Made by a program: the position numbers and the translations under genes
Notes under the pieces: model-generated
Told to the model about the DNA's origin: nothing
What the model saw: only the letters and a program-made list of their open reading frames with translations
Databases searched by the model: none
Assembly (NCBI GenBank): GCA_041664445.1
Contig: JBAYKT010000003.1
Span: 6,282 to 70,281 of the forward strand
Length of the DNA: 64,000 bases
From: Patescibacteria group bacterium
Lineage (GTDB): Bacteria; Patescibacteriota; Patescibacteriia; Patescibacteriales; UBA12465
Direction of reading: 5' to 3'
Part shown: positions 30,672 through 39,953 of the stretch, piece after piece
Numbering within the stretch: the first letter of the stretch is position 1
Layout of the letters: every line of letters begins with the position of its first letter

Positions 30672-30711
30672 ATTATAAACAAAATTAGCACTCAAGTCAA
30701 TAGAGTGCTAA
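30672..30711 (-). promoter_or_regulatory. CIRCE operator overlapping a consensus-like promoter
   Basis: Perfect CIRCE TTAGCACTC-N9-GAGTGCTAA at 30685-30711. Minus-strand TTGACT (30695-30700, inside the CIRCE spacer)-N17-TATAAT (30672-30677). Confidence 0.9.
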
Positions 30712-30738
30712 TTATTAACAAAAATTAACTAATAAAAG

Positions 30739-31230
30739 CTAAATTCCTAGTTCCTGTTTGTAGTCAAGATTCTGCTGATAATCGGCCGGACTTAAGAGCT
30801 CCGGGGCAGAAAAGTGATGCCGCGCGCGGTAAGTAATAGAATAATATTGTAAATTGTATCCGTTAATAACAACATCCGTAATTAAATGGACCAAGCCGGC
30901 GAAAGCGAGCGTCAAAAAAATCATCTTTAAAATCTGTTTTTGTCGGCATATCCAAGCGATTAGCAATAACAGAGGGAAATATTCCCAAGCATGAAAAAAT
31001 ATTCTTATTTTGCCGCTCAACAGAAACTGTCGACTTTGAATAAAATAAGTAAAATTAAAATGTGGTCCATAAAAAAAGAAATATTCTAAAACATGATCAA
31101 GATCAATTAAAAAACCACCCAAAATTCCGAGAGCGATTCCCAGCCACAGACGCTTAAAACGACGGCCGAAATAATAGCCGACTAAAACCGCTAACGAAAA
31201 ATGAATAAATAAATGTATTGTTAAGGGCAT
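30739..31230 (-). CDS. Membrane protein, DUF457/YdjM-like putative metal-dependent hydrolase
   Basis: 163 aa, 4-5 TM, His-rich ends (HLFIHFS, DLDHV, HLITD). Weak family call. Confidence 0.4.
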   Translation of the reverse strand: MPLTIHLFIHFSLAVLVGYYFGRRFKRLWLGIALGILGGFLIDLDHVLEYFFFYGPHFNFTYFIQSRQFLLSGKIRIFFHAWEYFPLLLLIAWICRQKQILKMIFLTLAFAGLVHLITDVVINGYNLQYYSITYRARHHFSAPELLSPADYQQNLDYKQELGI

Positions 31231-31236
31231 AAATTA

Positions 31237-33333
31237 TTAGGGGGTTATGGGATTTCTATTACCAAAATACCAATTGAAAATATCATAAGCCATGGGAACG
31301 GCGACCGTACTTCCCTCCACGCCTTCTTCAACTAAAATGGAAATTGATAACTCCGGATTTTCATAAGGAGCAAAACCGATAAACCAAGCGTGTGGCGCTT
31401 TAACCGTTGACCATTGAGCCGTACCTGTTTTGCCAGCCATCGTCACCGGCAAAGTATTCAAATAGCGGCCGCTGCCAGAAGTCACTGTCTGACGCATGCC
31501 TTCGCGCACGATATTTAAATCCGTGGAATTAATAAAATTTTGTCTGATAATTTGCGGTTTAATTTCCTGAACAAGCTGATTGTTGCTGTCTAAAATTTTA
31601 GCAACTAAATGTGGCTGATACAGTGTCCCGCCGTTAGCAATCGCGGCGGTATAATTAGCAACCTGAAGTGGAGTAACCAAAACATCTCCCTGACCAATAG
31701 CAAAGTGATAAGTATCGCCGATATACCAAGGCTCATTCTTAGTTTGTTCTTTCCAGGCCGCGGTCGGTACAAAACCGGCAACCTCGCCATTTAAATCAAT
31801 GCCAGTTTTTTCTCCTAAACCAAATAGCCTGGCATATTTAACCAAGCCGTCCAAGCCTAAACCTTTAAAATCACCGTAACCGCCACCGATATAGTAGAAG
31901 AAAGTATTAACCGACATAGCGATGGCCTTTTTAACGTCCGTCATCCCATGTCCGCCTGCTTTCCAATCCGGAAAAAACCATTCACCAATTCTTAAACCCC
32001 CGTTACTTAAAAAACTGGTATTTTCATTAATAACTCCGTCCTGCAAAGCTCCTGCCGCAAAAATCGGCTTAATAGTCGAGCCGGAAGGAAATTCGCCGCT
32101 AATGGAACGGTTAAAAAGCGGCTGGCTGGGGTCATTTAAAAATTTATTGTAATCGTCGTGACTGATACCGGCAGCAAAAGCATTATTATCATAAGCCGGC
32201 AGAGAAACCATCGCCCTAATTTCGCCGCTTTGCGGATTCATAATAATTATAGAAGCCTTTTTAAGTTTATACTTATCCAAATAAATCTGAGCTACTTCCG
32301 CCGCCTTTTCCTGTAAGTCTAAATCCAGCGCCAACATTAAATTGGCGCCATCGCGCGCGGGAACTTCATTAATAATTTTCTTTTGGCGGCCGAGAGCGTC
32401 AACTTCAATATTTTTGCGGCCCGCCTCGCCTTTAAGTTTTGCCTCCCAAGAATATTCAATGCCTACTTTGCCAACGTAATCAATTACCGAATATTTAGTG
32501 CCTAATTTTTTTAATTCCGCCTCATTAATTTTGCCGGTATAGCCTAAAATATGAGCCAAGCTATCCACTCCGGAAATAATTGGGCCGTTATCACTATCCG
32601 TTAGATATTCACGCCTAATTTTTGTGGTTAAAAACACGCCCGGCCATTGTGGTAAACGCAAAGAAATCAGCATCGCCTTGTCATAATCAATATTATCCTG
32701 GATAAATAAAGGCTGATAAGATTCCAGTGAACCCAATTTAACCGTAGCTAGCGATTCTTTAATTTTATAAAAGGAAGGGCTGTCGGAAATTAATTTCAAC
32801 TCCCGCGAACTGGAAGAAATCGAAGTTGTTTGAAGATTGGCGGAGTCGGTGCCATCAAGCACGGAGCTGATTTGCCTAATCAGTTCGTCGCGCGTTAATT
32901 CATTTTTTGGTAAATCTATCGGCCGCAAATATAAAACGAAATTGGCCTTATTTCTAACCAGCGGTTTCAAATTACGGTCATAAATAATGCCACGCTTTGG
33001 TTCAATAGTTTCCGCCCGCAAGCGATTATCTTCAGATAATAGATAATAATAATTGCCCTTGATAATTTGCAGCCAAATCGTACGCGCAAAAATCATAGCC
33101 AATGCCAAAAAAGTAATCAGCGCAAAATATTTGAGTTTAGAAAAATTAAAACTGCGAGTAATAATTTCTTTATTACTGCTGTCGGATAAAAAAGACTGCT
33201 CGGTCCAATCGGAATAATAAACCGAGTCTTTAAGTTGGCCAAAACGAAAGCGCCCTTCCTTAATAGCGAAAGGATCGGAGTCTTTATCCTGCAGCGCTTC
33301 CAGTAGATGTTGTTTTTTGGTATTGCGGGCCAT
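31237..33333 (-). CDS. mrdA: Penicillin-binding protein 2 (class B transpeptidase)
   Basis: N-terminal TM, PBP dimer domain, transpeptidase motifs STIK (SxxK), SVN (SxN), KTGTA. Confidence 0.85.
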   Translation of the reverse strand: MARNTKKQHLLEALQDKDSDPFAIKEGRFRFGQLKDSVYYSDWTEQSFLSDSSNKEIITRSFNFSKLKYFALITFLALAMIFARTIWLQIIKGNYYYLLSEDNRLRAETIEPKRGIIYDRNLKPLVRNKANFVLYLRPIDLPKNELTRDELIRQISSVLDGTDSANLQTTSISSSSRELKLISDSPSFYKIKESLATVKLGSLESYQPLFIQDNIDYDKAMLISLRLPQWPGVFLTTKIRREYLTDSDNGPIISGVDSLAHILGYTGKINEAELKKLGTKYSVIDYVGKVGIEYSWEAKLKGEAGRKNIEVDALGRQKKIINEVPARDGANLMLALDLDLQEKAAEVAQIYLDKYKLKKASIIIMNPQSGEIRAMVSLPAYDNNAFAAGISHDDYNKFLNDPSQPLFNRSISGEFPSGSTIKPIFAAGALQDGVINENTSFLSNGGLRIGEWFFPDWKAGGHGMTDVKKAIAMSVNTFFYYIGGGYGDFKGLGLDGLVKYARLFGLGEKTGIDLNGEVAGFVPTAAWKEQTKNEPWYIGDTYHFAIGQGDVLVTPLQVANYTAAIANGGTLYQPHLVAKILDSNNQLVQEIKPQIIRQNFINSTDLNIVREGMRQTVTSGSGRYLNTLPVTMAGKTGTAQWSTVKAPHAWFIGFAPYENPELSISILVEEGVEGSTVAVPMAYDIFNWYFGNRNPITP

Positions 33334-33497
33334 TTTATAATAAATACTTGAGTATTATTAATATTAACCCGAATTAGAGAGAAAGGCAAACCTTAATCAA
33401 GGGTTATAAAAACCATTTTATTTTTAGTTTATCTGTAATATTCTATAATATAGATAGCTATTCTAAACTTATGCGCCAAACATAAAAATAAAAAAAT

Positions 33498-34169
33498 ATG
33501 AAAATTCTAATCATTGAAGATGACAAGAATATTAGTACCTCTTTAGCTTATTTCTTTAAAAGCCAAAATATAATTTTTGACATCGCCGAAGATGGTGAGC
33601 GAGGATTATTCTTGGCCAAAGTCGGCGATTATGATGTAATTTTGCTTGATTACAATCTGCCAAAAATAAGTGGTCAAGAAATAATCGCTAAAATAAGAGC
33701 CGACGGCCAAACAATTCCTATTATTATGCTAACGGTCCGAAACGATTTAAATGATAAGATAAACATTTTAGATATCGGGGCCGACGACTATTTAGTAAAG
33801 CCATTTTTACTTAAAGAATTATTAGCGAGAATCCGAGCAATTTTACGACGGCCGCTAAAACTAGAAAATCAAAAATTAAGCTGCAAAAATTTAGAAATGG
33901 AGCCAACTAGTTTTAAGGTCGTTAAAAACGGACGCAACATTTCTTTAAGAACTAAAGAATTTATGCTGCTGGAATATTTATTTAAAAATAAAGGCACGGT
34001 TGTCTCACGCCAAGATATTATGGATCATGTTTGGGACGAGAATGGCGACCCCTTCTCAAACACGATTGAGGTTCATATGATGAATTTGCGCCGTAAAATA
34101 GAAACCAAGAAAGATCGTTATATTTTTACAATCCCTAACCGCGGCTACAAACTAGATGAAAAAATCTAA
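33498..34169 (+). CDS. OmpR-family response regulator
   Basis: Receiver domain (DD...D...K pattern, ILLDYNLP) plus a winged-helix output ending RGYKL. Confidence 0.9.
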   Translation: MKILIIEDDKNISTSLAYFFKSQNIIFDIAEDGERGLFLAKVGDYDVILLDYNLPKISGQEIIAKIRADGQTIPIIMLTVRNDLNDKINILDIGADDYLVKPFLLKELLARIRAILRRPLKLENQKLSCKNLEMEPTSFKVVKNGRNISLRTKEFMLLEYLFKNKGTVVSRQDIMDHVWDENGDPFSNTIEVHMMNLRRKIETKKDRYIFTIPNRGYKLDEKI

Positions 34170-34189
34170 TTTAAATAATCTAAAAAACT

Positions 34190-34300
34190 ATGAAACAAAA
34201 AGTTAAAAAGGCGGAGTTAAAGTCCAAGGCCTCACGCTTATTACCAATGGCCATTATTCTAGCCGGGCTACTCAATCCGGGAACTCCTTGGCGCGATTAA
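34190..34300 (+). CDS. Candidate 36-aa small protein between the response-regulator and kinase genes
   Basis: ATG 34190, MKQKVKKAELKSKASRLLPMAIILAGLLNPGTPWRD, TAA at 34298. Basic N-terminus plus one short hydrophobic stretch. Not in the ORF track. Followed at once by a terminator hairpin. Confidence 0.3.
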   Translation: MKQKVKKAELKSKASRLLPMAIILAGLLNPGTPWRD

Positions 34301-34302
34301 AC

Positions 34303-34337
34303 AAAAGCGCCCTCATAAAAATGGGGGCGCCTTTTTT
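34303..34337 (+). terminator. Rho-independent terminator / attenuator between RR and HK
   Basis: GCGCCC (34307-12), 12-nt loop, GGGCGC (34325-30), then C TTTTTT. Lies inside the first 25 codons of ORF-track ORF 34288.., which argues for a later HK start. Confidence 0.6.
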
Positions 34338-34362
34338 ATCTTCTACCTTTAACTATAAAAAC

Positions 34363-35781
34363 ATGTCTACTATTTTATGGTCTTTTAAAAACATGAAAGA
34401 CGTTTCCCAAAAAATAAAACAACTTTTAGCCCCCAAAAGCACTGATGAAGAAATCGCCAGACGAGAACAAATATTAAACATTTTAATTTTTTTCTCGATC
34501 ATTTGTTTTTCCGCTCTGAGCTCAATCCGTATATTTGATTTTATCGCTCATGGGCCGGATCGCGGCTTGCCACCTACTTTTTTATTATTAATTCTAGGCT
34601 TCTTCATTTTTTTATTTTGGCTCTCAAAAAAGAAAATGTTTAAAACTGCTTCCTGGCTATTAATTATAATTTATTCTTTGCCGATGTTTTATTCATTTAT
34701 AACTTGGGGGGCGGATTTGCCGGCCGCTTTATTAATGGCCATCCTCATCATAACTTTTTTCGGAGTTCTGATGGGTTCTCGAGCTTCATTAATCAGCGCT
34801 TCAGTCTTGAGTATATTTTTAATTACCTTAACGTGGCTGCAAACAAACGGTCTAATGGTAGCTACTGATTATTGGCGGCTAAAGAAAAATGAACTTGGCG
34901 ATACCATCGCTTACGCTATTTTAATGATGGTAATTACCGTGATTGTCTGGATATTTGATAATGGCCTCAATAAAGCTTTAAAACGAGCACATGTAAGCGA
35001 AGAGGCTTTAAAACAAGAACGTGACGACTTAGAAATTAAAGTAGCCGAGAGAACAGCTCAATTAAGAGAACTGGAAGCTGAAAAAATCGGACAACTCTAC
35101 CGCCTAGCCGAATTTGGCCGTTTATCATCTGGTGTTTTTCATGATTTAATAAATCCCTTAACTGCAGTCTCTCTCAATCTTGAACAAATAAAAAATGAAG
35201 GTGCTGCCAGTTTGGTTAATGCCAAAGATTGCCTATCGCAAGCAATTACCGCTTCTCGCAAAATGGAGGATTTAATCGCCTGTATTAAAAAATCAATTAG
35301 ACCGGAAAATAATAAAATTAATTTCTGCCCCAAAATAGAGATTGAAACGGTAATTAACATTCTGGCTTACAAGGCTCGTAAAGCAAAAGTAGAAATAGCT
35401 TTTTCCGAAGCTGAAAATTTTAATATTTATGGCGACCCGGTAAAATTCAGCCAAATCATAATAAACTTAATTTCCAATAGTATAGACTCTTCGGAATTTC
35501 AAACAGAAAACAGCCTTAAGACAGTTAAAATCAACCTTGCCAAAAAAAATAATTCATTCACAATCACCGTCGAAGACTATGGACCGGGGATAGCTCCGGA
35601 AAATATCAACAAAATTTTTCAGCCATTTTTTAGCACTAAAAACGGACAAGGTCTGGGCTTAGGACTATCATCCACTAAAACGATAGTCGAAAAAGAGTTT
35701 TTGGGAACGATTATGGTTTCTAGCCGTCCGCATGAAAAAACTAAATTTACAGTTAATATTCCTTTATCATATGCCTCATGA
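34363..35781 (+). CDS. Sensor histidine kinase (polytopic N-terminal sensor)
   Basis: About 6 TM segments, coiled coil, H-box SGVFHDLINPLTAV, and N/G1/G2 boxes (NLISNSIDS, DYGPGI, GLGLGL). Start set at ATG 34363, after the terminator; 34393 is also possible. Confidence 0.85.
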   Translation: MSTILWSFKNMKDVSQKIKQLLAPKSTDEEIARREQILNILIFFSIICFSALSSIRIFDFIAHGPDRGLPPTFLLLILGFFIFLFWLSKKKMFKTASWLLIIIYSLPMFYSFITWGADLPAALLMAILIITFFGVLMGSRASLISASVLSIFLITLTWLQTNGLMVATDYWRLKKNELGDTIAYAILMMVITVIVWIFDNGLNKALKRAHVSEEALKQERDDLEIKVAERTAQLRELEAEKIGQLYRLAEFGRLSSGVFHDLINPLTAVSLNLEQIKNEGAASLVNAKDCLSQAITASRKMEDLIACIKKSIRPENNKINFCPKIEIETVINILAYKARKAKVEIAFSEAENFNIYGDPVKFSQIIINLISNSIDSSEFQTENSLKTVKINLAKKNNSFTITVEDYGPGIAPENINKIFQPFFSTKNGQGLGLGLSSTKTIVEKEFLGTIMVSSRPHEKTKFTVNIPLSYAS

Positions 35782-36583
35782 ACAAGCTTATTACTGGCCA
35801 ATATGGCTTACCAAATCTTTAAAGCCTAATTGCCAAAAACAACAAAAAACATTTTGTCAGGCGCAATCAGCTTTATGGCAAGCTTTAAATATTTATGACG
35901 ACATTATTGACGGCGACAATCCCCAAGCGGATTTAATGATGGCTAATAATAATTTTAGAAAATTTTTAAAAGCGCTTTACGCCTCTAATTTACCAGTTTA
36001 TTTTATTAATCAGGCTGATAATATTATCAGCGCTTGGGAAAAAATTAATCGCCAAGAATGGCAGTCCACTAAACTAATTATTAAAAACGGGGAAATAAAA
36101 ATTCCCCAATATTTACCGAGCGCTACAGTTTTCAATTTGGGCTACCAAAAATCATTACCCCTCGCGATTTTGTCGATTGCTAGCGCTATAAAATTAAACC
36201 TAATTACCAACCACCGAAAATTTAAAATTGCGCTTAACTTTTTTAAATATGCTCTGGCTGCGAAACAATTAGCTGATGATGCTAGTGATTGGCTGGCGGA
36301 CCTAGAAAATGGTATTTTAAACCCCGTTAATCTACTAGTTCTAAAAGCCGCCAAAAATAAAAAAATAAAACTTAATCTTAAAACCAAGCCGGAAATAGCC
36401 TATCTATTATTCGCCGAAAAATCTGGGCCGCAAACAGCAAAAAATATTCTTAGTTTATGTAAAAAAGCAGAGAAAGAAGCTCTCAAACTAAAGATTAATG
36501 ACGGCGCGCCCTTAATTAAACTTTTAATCCAACCCCTATCTAAGTCGGCCCAAAAAGTCTTAAATTTCCAAAATCTGCTATAA
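35771..36583 (+). CDS. Hypothetical protein with two DDxxD motifs (class I isoprenoid synthase-like)
   Basis: NIYDDIIDGD (aa 43-47 from ATG 35771) and KQLADDASDWLADLENG (aa 169-173), 126 aa apart. This resembles the FARM/SARM spacing of trans-prenyltransferases. All-helical character. Overlaps the HK stop by 11 nt. Confidence 0.35.
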   Translation: MPHEQAYYWPIWLTKSLKPNCQKQQKTFCQAQSALWQALNIYDDIIDGDNPQADLMMANNNFRKFLKALYASNLPVYFINQADNIISAWEKINRQEWQSTKLIIKNGEIKIPQYLPSATVFNLGYQKSLPLAILSIASAIKLNLITNHRKFKIALNFFKYALAAKQLADDASDWLADLENGILNPVNLLVLKAAKNKKIKLNLKTKPEIAYLLFAEKSGPQTAKNILSLCKKAEKEALKLKINDGAPLIKLLIQPLSKSAQKVLNFQNLL

Positions 36584-36590
36584 TATCATT

Positions 36591-37268
36591 ATGAAGCTTT
36601 CCATAATTGTCCCCATTTATAATGAAGCGAAATTAATTCCGACCTCTCTGCCGGAGATTTTTGAATTAGCGACGGAAAAAGAAGTGATTGTCGTTGACGA
36701 CGGTTCTAGTGATAAAAGTCCGGAGATTCTTCAAGAGTTAAAAACGCGCTATGACTTTCGGCTTTTAACCCAGACCCCAAACCAAGGTAAAGGAGCGGCA
36801 GTCAAGAAAGCGCTGGAAAATATCAGCGGCGACTACTTCGTTATCTGCGACGCCGACCTGGAATATAAACCGCAAGAAATCTTATTCTTATGGTCACAGA
36901 TTTCCAAGCTTCCGGAAAATACGGTTATCTACGGCTCACGCTTTAAAAATAATCATCCCCTCTCTTTCCATTATTTTGTTAATGGCTTTTTAACTCTGTT
37001 AACCAATATTTTGTTCGGCTCGCGCCTGACCGATATGGAAACTTGCTTTAAACTTGTTCCCGCTGTCGCGCTCAAGCAAATAAAACTCAGTGGCCAAAGA
37101 TTTGAAATTGAGCCAGAAATAACGGCGCGACTTTTGAAAGCCGGTTATCAAATAACGGAATTCCCGATTAGCTACACCCGGCGCACTTATTTAGAGGGTA
37201 AAAAAATAAGCGCTCGAGACGGTTGGCTGGCGCTTAAAACTTTGTTTTTAGAAAAATGGCGTCCTTAA
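36591..37268 (+). CDS. GT2 glycosyltransferase (polyprenol-phosphate sugar transferase-like)
   Basis: LSIIVPIYNEA, VVDDGSSDKS, ICDADLEY (DxD). 225 aa. Confidence 0.8.
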   Translation: MKLSIIVPIYNEAKLIPTSLPEIFELATEKEVIVVDDGSSDKSPEILQELKTRYDFRLLTQTPNQGKGAAVKKALENISGDYFVICDADLEYKPQEILFLWSQISKLPENTVIYGSRFKNNHPLSFHYFVNGFLTLLTNILFGSRLTDMETCFKLVPAVALKQIKLSGQRFEIEPEITARLLKAGYQITEFPISYTRRTYLEGKKISARDGWLALKTLFLEKWRP

Positions 37269-37284
37269 ACTTGCGTAGTCATGA

Positions 37285-39318
37285 TTAGGAGCGCGGCAAT
37301 AAGCCGCGTTTTTTTAAATCTTCAACTTGCGGTAGATAGTATAAAGCATCAACATCGTGGCGATTTATTTTCAAAGCTTGCTGCCAATTAATTTCCGCCT
37401 GTAAATAATCTCCCAGATTCCAATAAACCATCGCTAAATCGCTATAGGCGCTAGGAGTTTTATTTTCAATTTTAAGACCGCGCTGAAAATAGTCGATGGC
37501 CTTTAAGAGCGTGTTACGATCGTCGGACGCGGAGTATAAATAAGCCAGCGAAAAAATTGCTCTTTGATTTTTGGGGTTAGCTAGCAATATTTGACGATAT
37601 ATTTCTTCTGCCAAATCCGGCATCCCATAGCTTTGGGCTAAGGCCGCCAAATAAAAGCGCTCGCGGACATTAGAATCCCCCGCTAATTCCCGCAAACGGC
37701 TCCTAAAGCCCCACTCATTTAAAGCATACTTATCTAAAATAGCCGAATCGGTCACTGACTTGCGTGCTAAAATTACATATTGTCTATCAAAATATACTAA
37801 CTGCCAATCGCTATCCGCTAAAATTCGTTTTAAAAAAGTTTTACCCCAAGGTGTTTGATCGGTATGAGAAAAATAAACGGTTTTAAAATTATATTGCGCC
37901 ATAGCCTGCTGCCAAGGCAGCACTTCGTTTTGCATCGGCAAATAAGTATCAGTAAAAAACTTAACACTGTAAGCTTCCGGACGATTGTCCACAAAAACTT
38001 TTTCTTGATTATCAAGTCCAAAAATAAGCGCGCTGCCATTATCATAATTATTAAATAAGGGGCCTCCGAGACCGCTCGCGCGGAAGAACTCAAAAGAATC
38101 TGTCTGACCCGTGCTCAGACCAATGCCGAAACTGCCTTTCAAAAAATTATTACGTTCCTGATAATCGCTAATCAAAAACAACATCACCCCCAAAATTAAT
38201 AATCCGGGCAATATCGGCAAATATTTTTTTATTTTCTCGGAAATTTCACGCTTGTCAGGAATTAATCGCGACCATAAAAATGCCAGTGGCCTCTTCAAAG
38301 CGGAGCTAATTAAAACTAAGGCCACCAAGCCGAATAAAGCTAGGTTACGAGAAGCAAACAAGGCCAGCGTGGAGATAAAAATTCCTAAAAATATTTCAAA
38401 CCAGCGTGGTTTTTTATAAAAAAACCAAGTAGCGATGAGCGCGAGAACTAAAACGACCAATAATAATTTAAAGATACTGAAATTATAATTAAATATCAGA
38501 TTTTGCAGATAAAAGATGCTTTTGTTTTCCGCAATTTGATAGCCGTAATTCTTTAAAATACTAAAAGGATAAAAAAAGCCACGCCAAGTATTGGGCGTTA
38601 GAAAACAAACTGCAACTAGTGACAATAAGAGCCAAAAGTCTTTTTTAATTTTGAAGAAAGCACTTCTTAATTTAGCGCCTAGACTATTATCGCTGCCATC
38701 AAAAGCCTGCCATAAAAACTTTTCCGCCAGCTTAAAGCCTATGAGCGCGAGTCCCAAGAAAAAATAAATATGAATATTGGGCCACAGAATAAATAAGGGC
38801 ACCAAAATAAATAGTTTGCACTTGGTTGATAATTTATCCGTTTCCCAAATAAGCCAAGTTAATGCCAAAAATAAATAGCTAAAAATTTCTGGCCTAATCT
38901 CCACGCGTTCACTAAAAAGCAGAATCACCGGCAAGGATATAATTGCCGGCAAATAAAAACCGGCGCGTTTATAAGCCAGTTTAAAGAAACTTAAAAAAAC
39001 CGCGAGCGCCAACAGAATGTTAAAAATGGAAAGCAGATTAAAGCCGCCTACTAAATAGACGACATAGGAAATAACCCCACCTAACCAGTGGTGGTTAACA
39101 AAACGCTGGTCGGGCTCGGTGTAAGAATAAAAATTTTTAAATAAAAGATCGGGCTGACTAAAAACCAAACGGCCGTTTTCTAAATGTCGGCCCAAATCAA
39201 TCGCCGAAAACTCTATTTTCTGAGCAAAAATAATAACGACTAGCAAACTTAAACCCAGCAGGATAAGTATCCGCCAAAGCTTTTGGGGTTCACGTAAATT
39301 CTGAATAATTCTTAACAT
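37285..39318 (-). CDS. Polytopic membrane protein with C-terminal TPR domain
   Basis: More than 10 TM segments over about 400 aa, then a soluble region ending in TPR-like repeats (AYSDLAMVYWNLGDYLQAEINWQQALKINRHDVDALYYL). Confidence 0.5.
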   Translation of the reverse strand: MLRIIQNLREPQKLWRILILLGLSLLVVIIFAQKIEFSAIDLGRHLENGRLVFSQPDLLFKNFYSYTEPDQRFVNHHWLGGVISYVVYLVGGFNLLSIFNILLALAVFLSFFKLAYKRAGFYLPAIISLPVILLFSERVEIRPEIFSYLFLALTWLIWETDKLSTKCKLFILVPLFILWPNIHIYFFLGLALIGFKLAEKFLWQAFDGSDNSLGAKLRSAFFKIKKDFWLLLSLVAVCFLTPNTWRGFFYPFSILKNYGYQIAENKSIFYLQNLIFNYNFSIFKLLLVVLVLALIATWFFYKKPRWFEIFLGIFISTLALFASRNLALFGLVALVLISSALKRPLAFLWSRLIPDKREISEKIKKYLPILPGLLILGVMLFLISDYQERNNFLKGSFGIGLSTGQTDSFEFFRASGLGGPLFNNYDNGSALIFGLDNQEKVFVDNRPEAYSVKFFTDTYLPMQNEVLPWQQAMAQYNFKTVYFSHTDQTPWGKTFLKRILADSDWQLVYFDRQYVILARKSVTDSAILDKYALNEWGFRSRLRELAGDSNVRERFYLAALAQSYGMPDLAEEIYRQILLANPKNQRAIFSLAYLYSASDDRNTLLKAIDYFQRGLKIENKTPSAYSDLAMVYWNLGDYLQAEINWQQALKINRHDVDALYYLPQVEDLKKRGLLPRS

Positions 39319-39404
39319 AAGGGCAAAAAGAAACTTAATCTTATTTTACCATATAATTTCCCATAAAATAAGGTGTTTTGTCAAGACAAATTTATTATAA
39401 ACAA

Positions 39405-39431
39405 AACAAAAACGGGCCGATTGGTCCGTTA
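39405..39431 (-). terminator. Rho-independent terminator of the lipoprotein gene
   Basis: Plus strand aaaaa-ACGGGCC-gatt-GGTCCGT, 7 bp including one G-U pair. On the minus strand the stem is followed by TTTTTGTTTTG. Confidence 0.6.
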
Positions 39432-39459
39432 TTGATTATTCTTGTTACAGGTGAATAAT

Positions 39460-39906
39460 TTACCTTTTTTCTTCTTCAAGAAGCACATTAATTCCCGGCT
39501 TGAGGCACTTGAGCGTTTCTTTAGAAATCTCACCAAATGTGGATTCACTCAAATACCGCGATTTCAGTTTTCCGTCTTTCATAAAATACACAAAAGCAGT
39601 TTTGCCTTTAATGATGTAGGCTAAAGCGGCATGTTTGATAATGCCATCTTTCATAATGCAAATGCCGTCAGAGATTGATACGGGAAGACAATTTTTCAAA
39701 CTCATTTCAAAATAGGTTAGCTCCTTCTGCGGCAACATGTCGCTAATTGAATTAGCATCCAAGACATCCTCATTGGTAAACACCGACAATTCTCCTGCAT
39801 TAAATAAATACACCTTATCAGCTGTTCTCATGTTTGATTTACTGCAAGAAGAAGAAAAAAGAGTTGAAAAAAATACAACAATTAATTGAGCGATTTTTGT
39901 TTTCAT
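39460..39906 (-). CDS. Orphan secreted/lipoprotein-like protein
   Basis: Signal peptide MKTKIAQLIVVFFSTLFSSSC with a Cys at the likely cleavage site; no recognisable domain. Has its own promoter, operator-like palindrome and terminator. Confidence 0.5.
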   Translation of the reverse strand: MKTKIAQLIVVFFSTLFSSSCSKSNMRTADKVYLFNAGELSVFTNEDVLDANSISDMLPQKELTYFEMSLKNCLPVSISDGICIMKDGIIKHAALAYIIKGKTAFVYFMKDGKLKSRYLSESTFGEISKETLKCLKPGINVLLEEEKR

Positions 39907-39953
39907 TTTTTGTGGTTTTTTATAAATATTTAATTTGTAATGTTCAAGATAAA

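Noticed and set aside
35779-35781. Possibility of an alternative genetic code (UGA as sense, as in some candidate phyla)
   Set aside because: TGA terminates the histidine kinase here and sufC at 45368-45370 (ATGA overlap with sufB) at positions that give full-length conserved proteins. Standard code 11 therefore applies.
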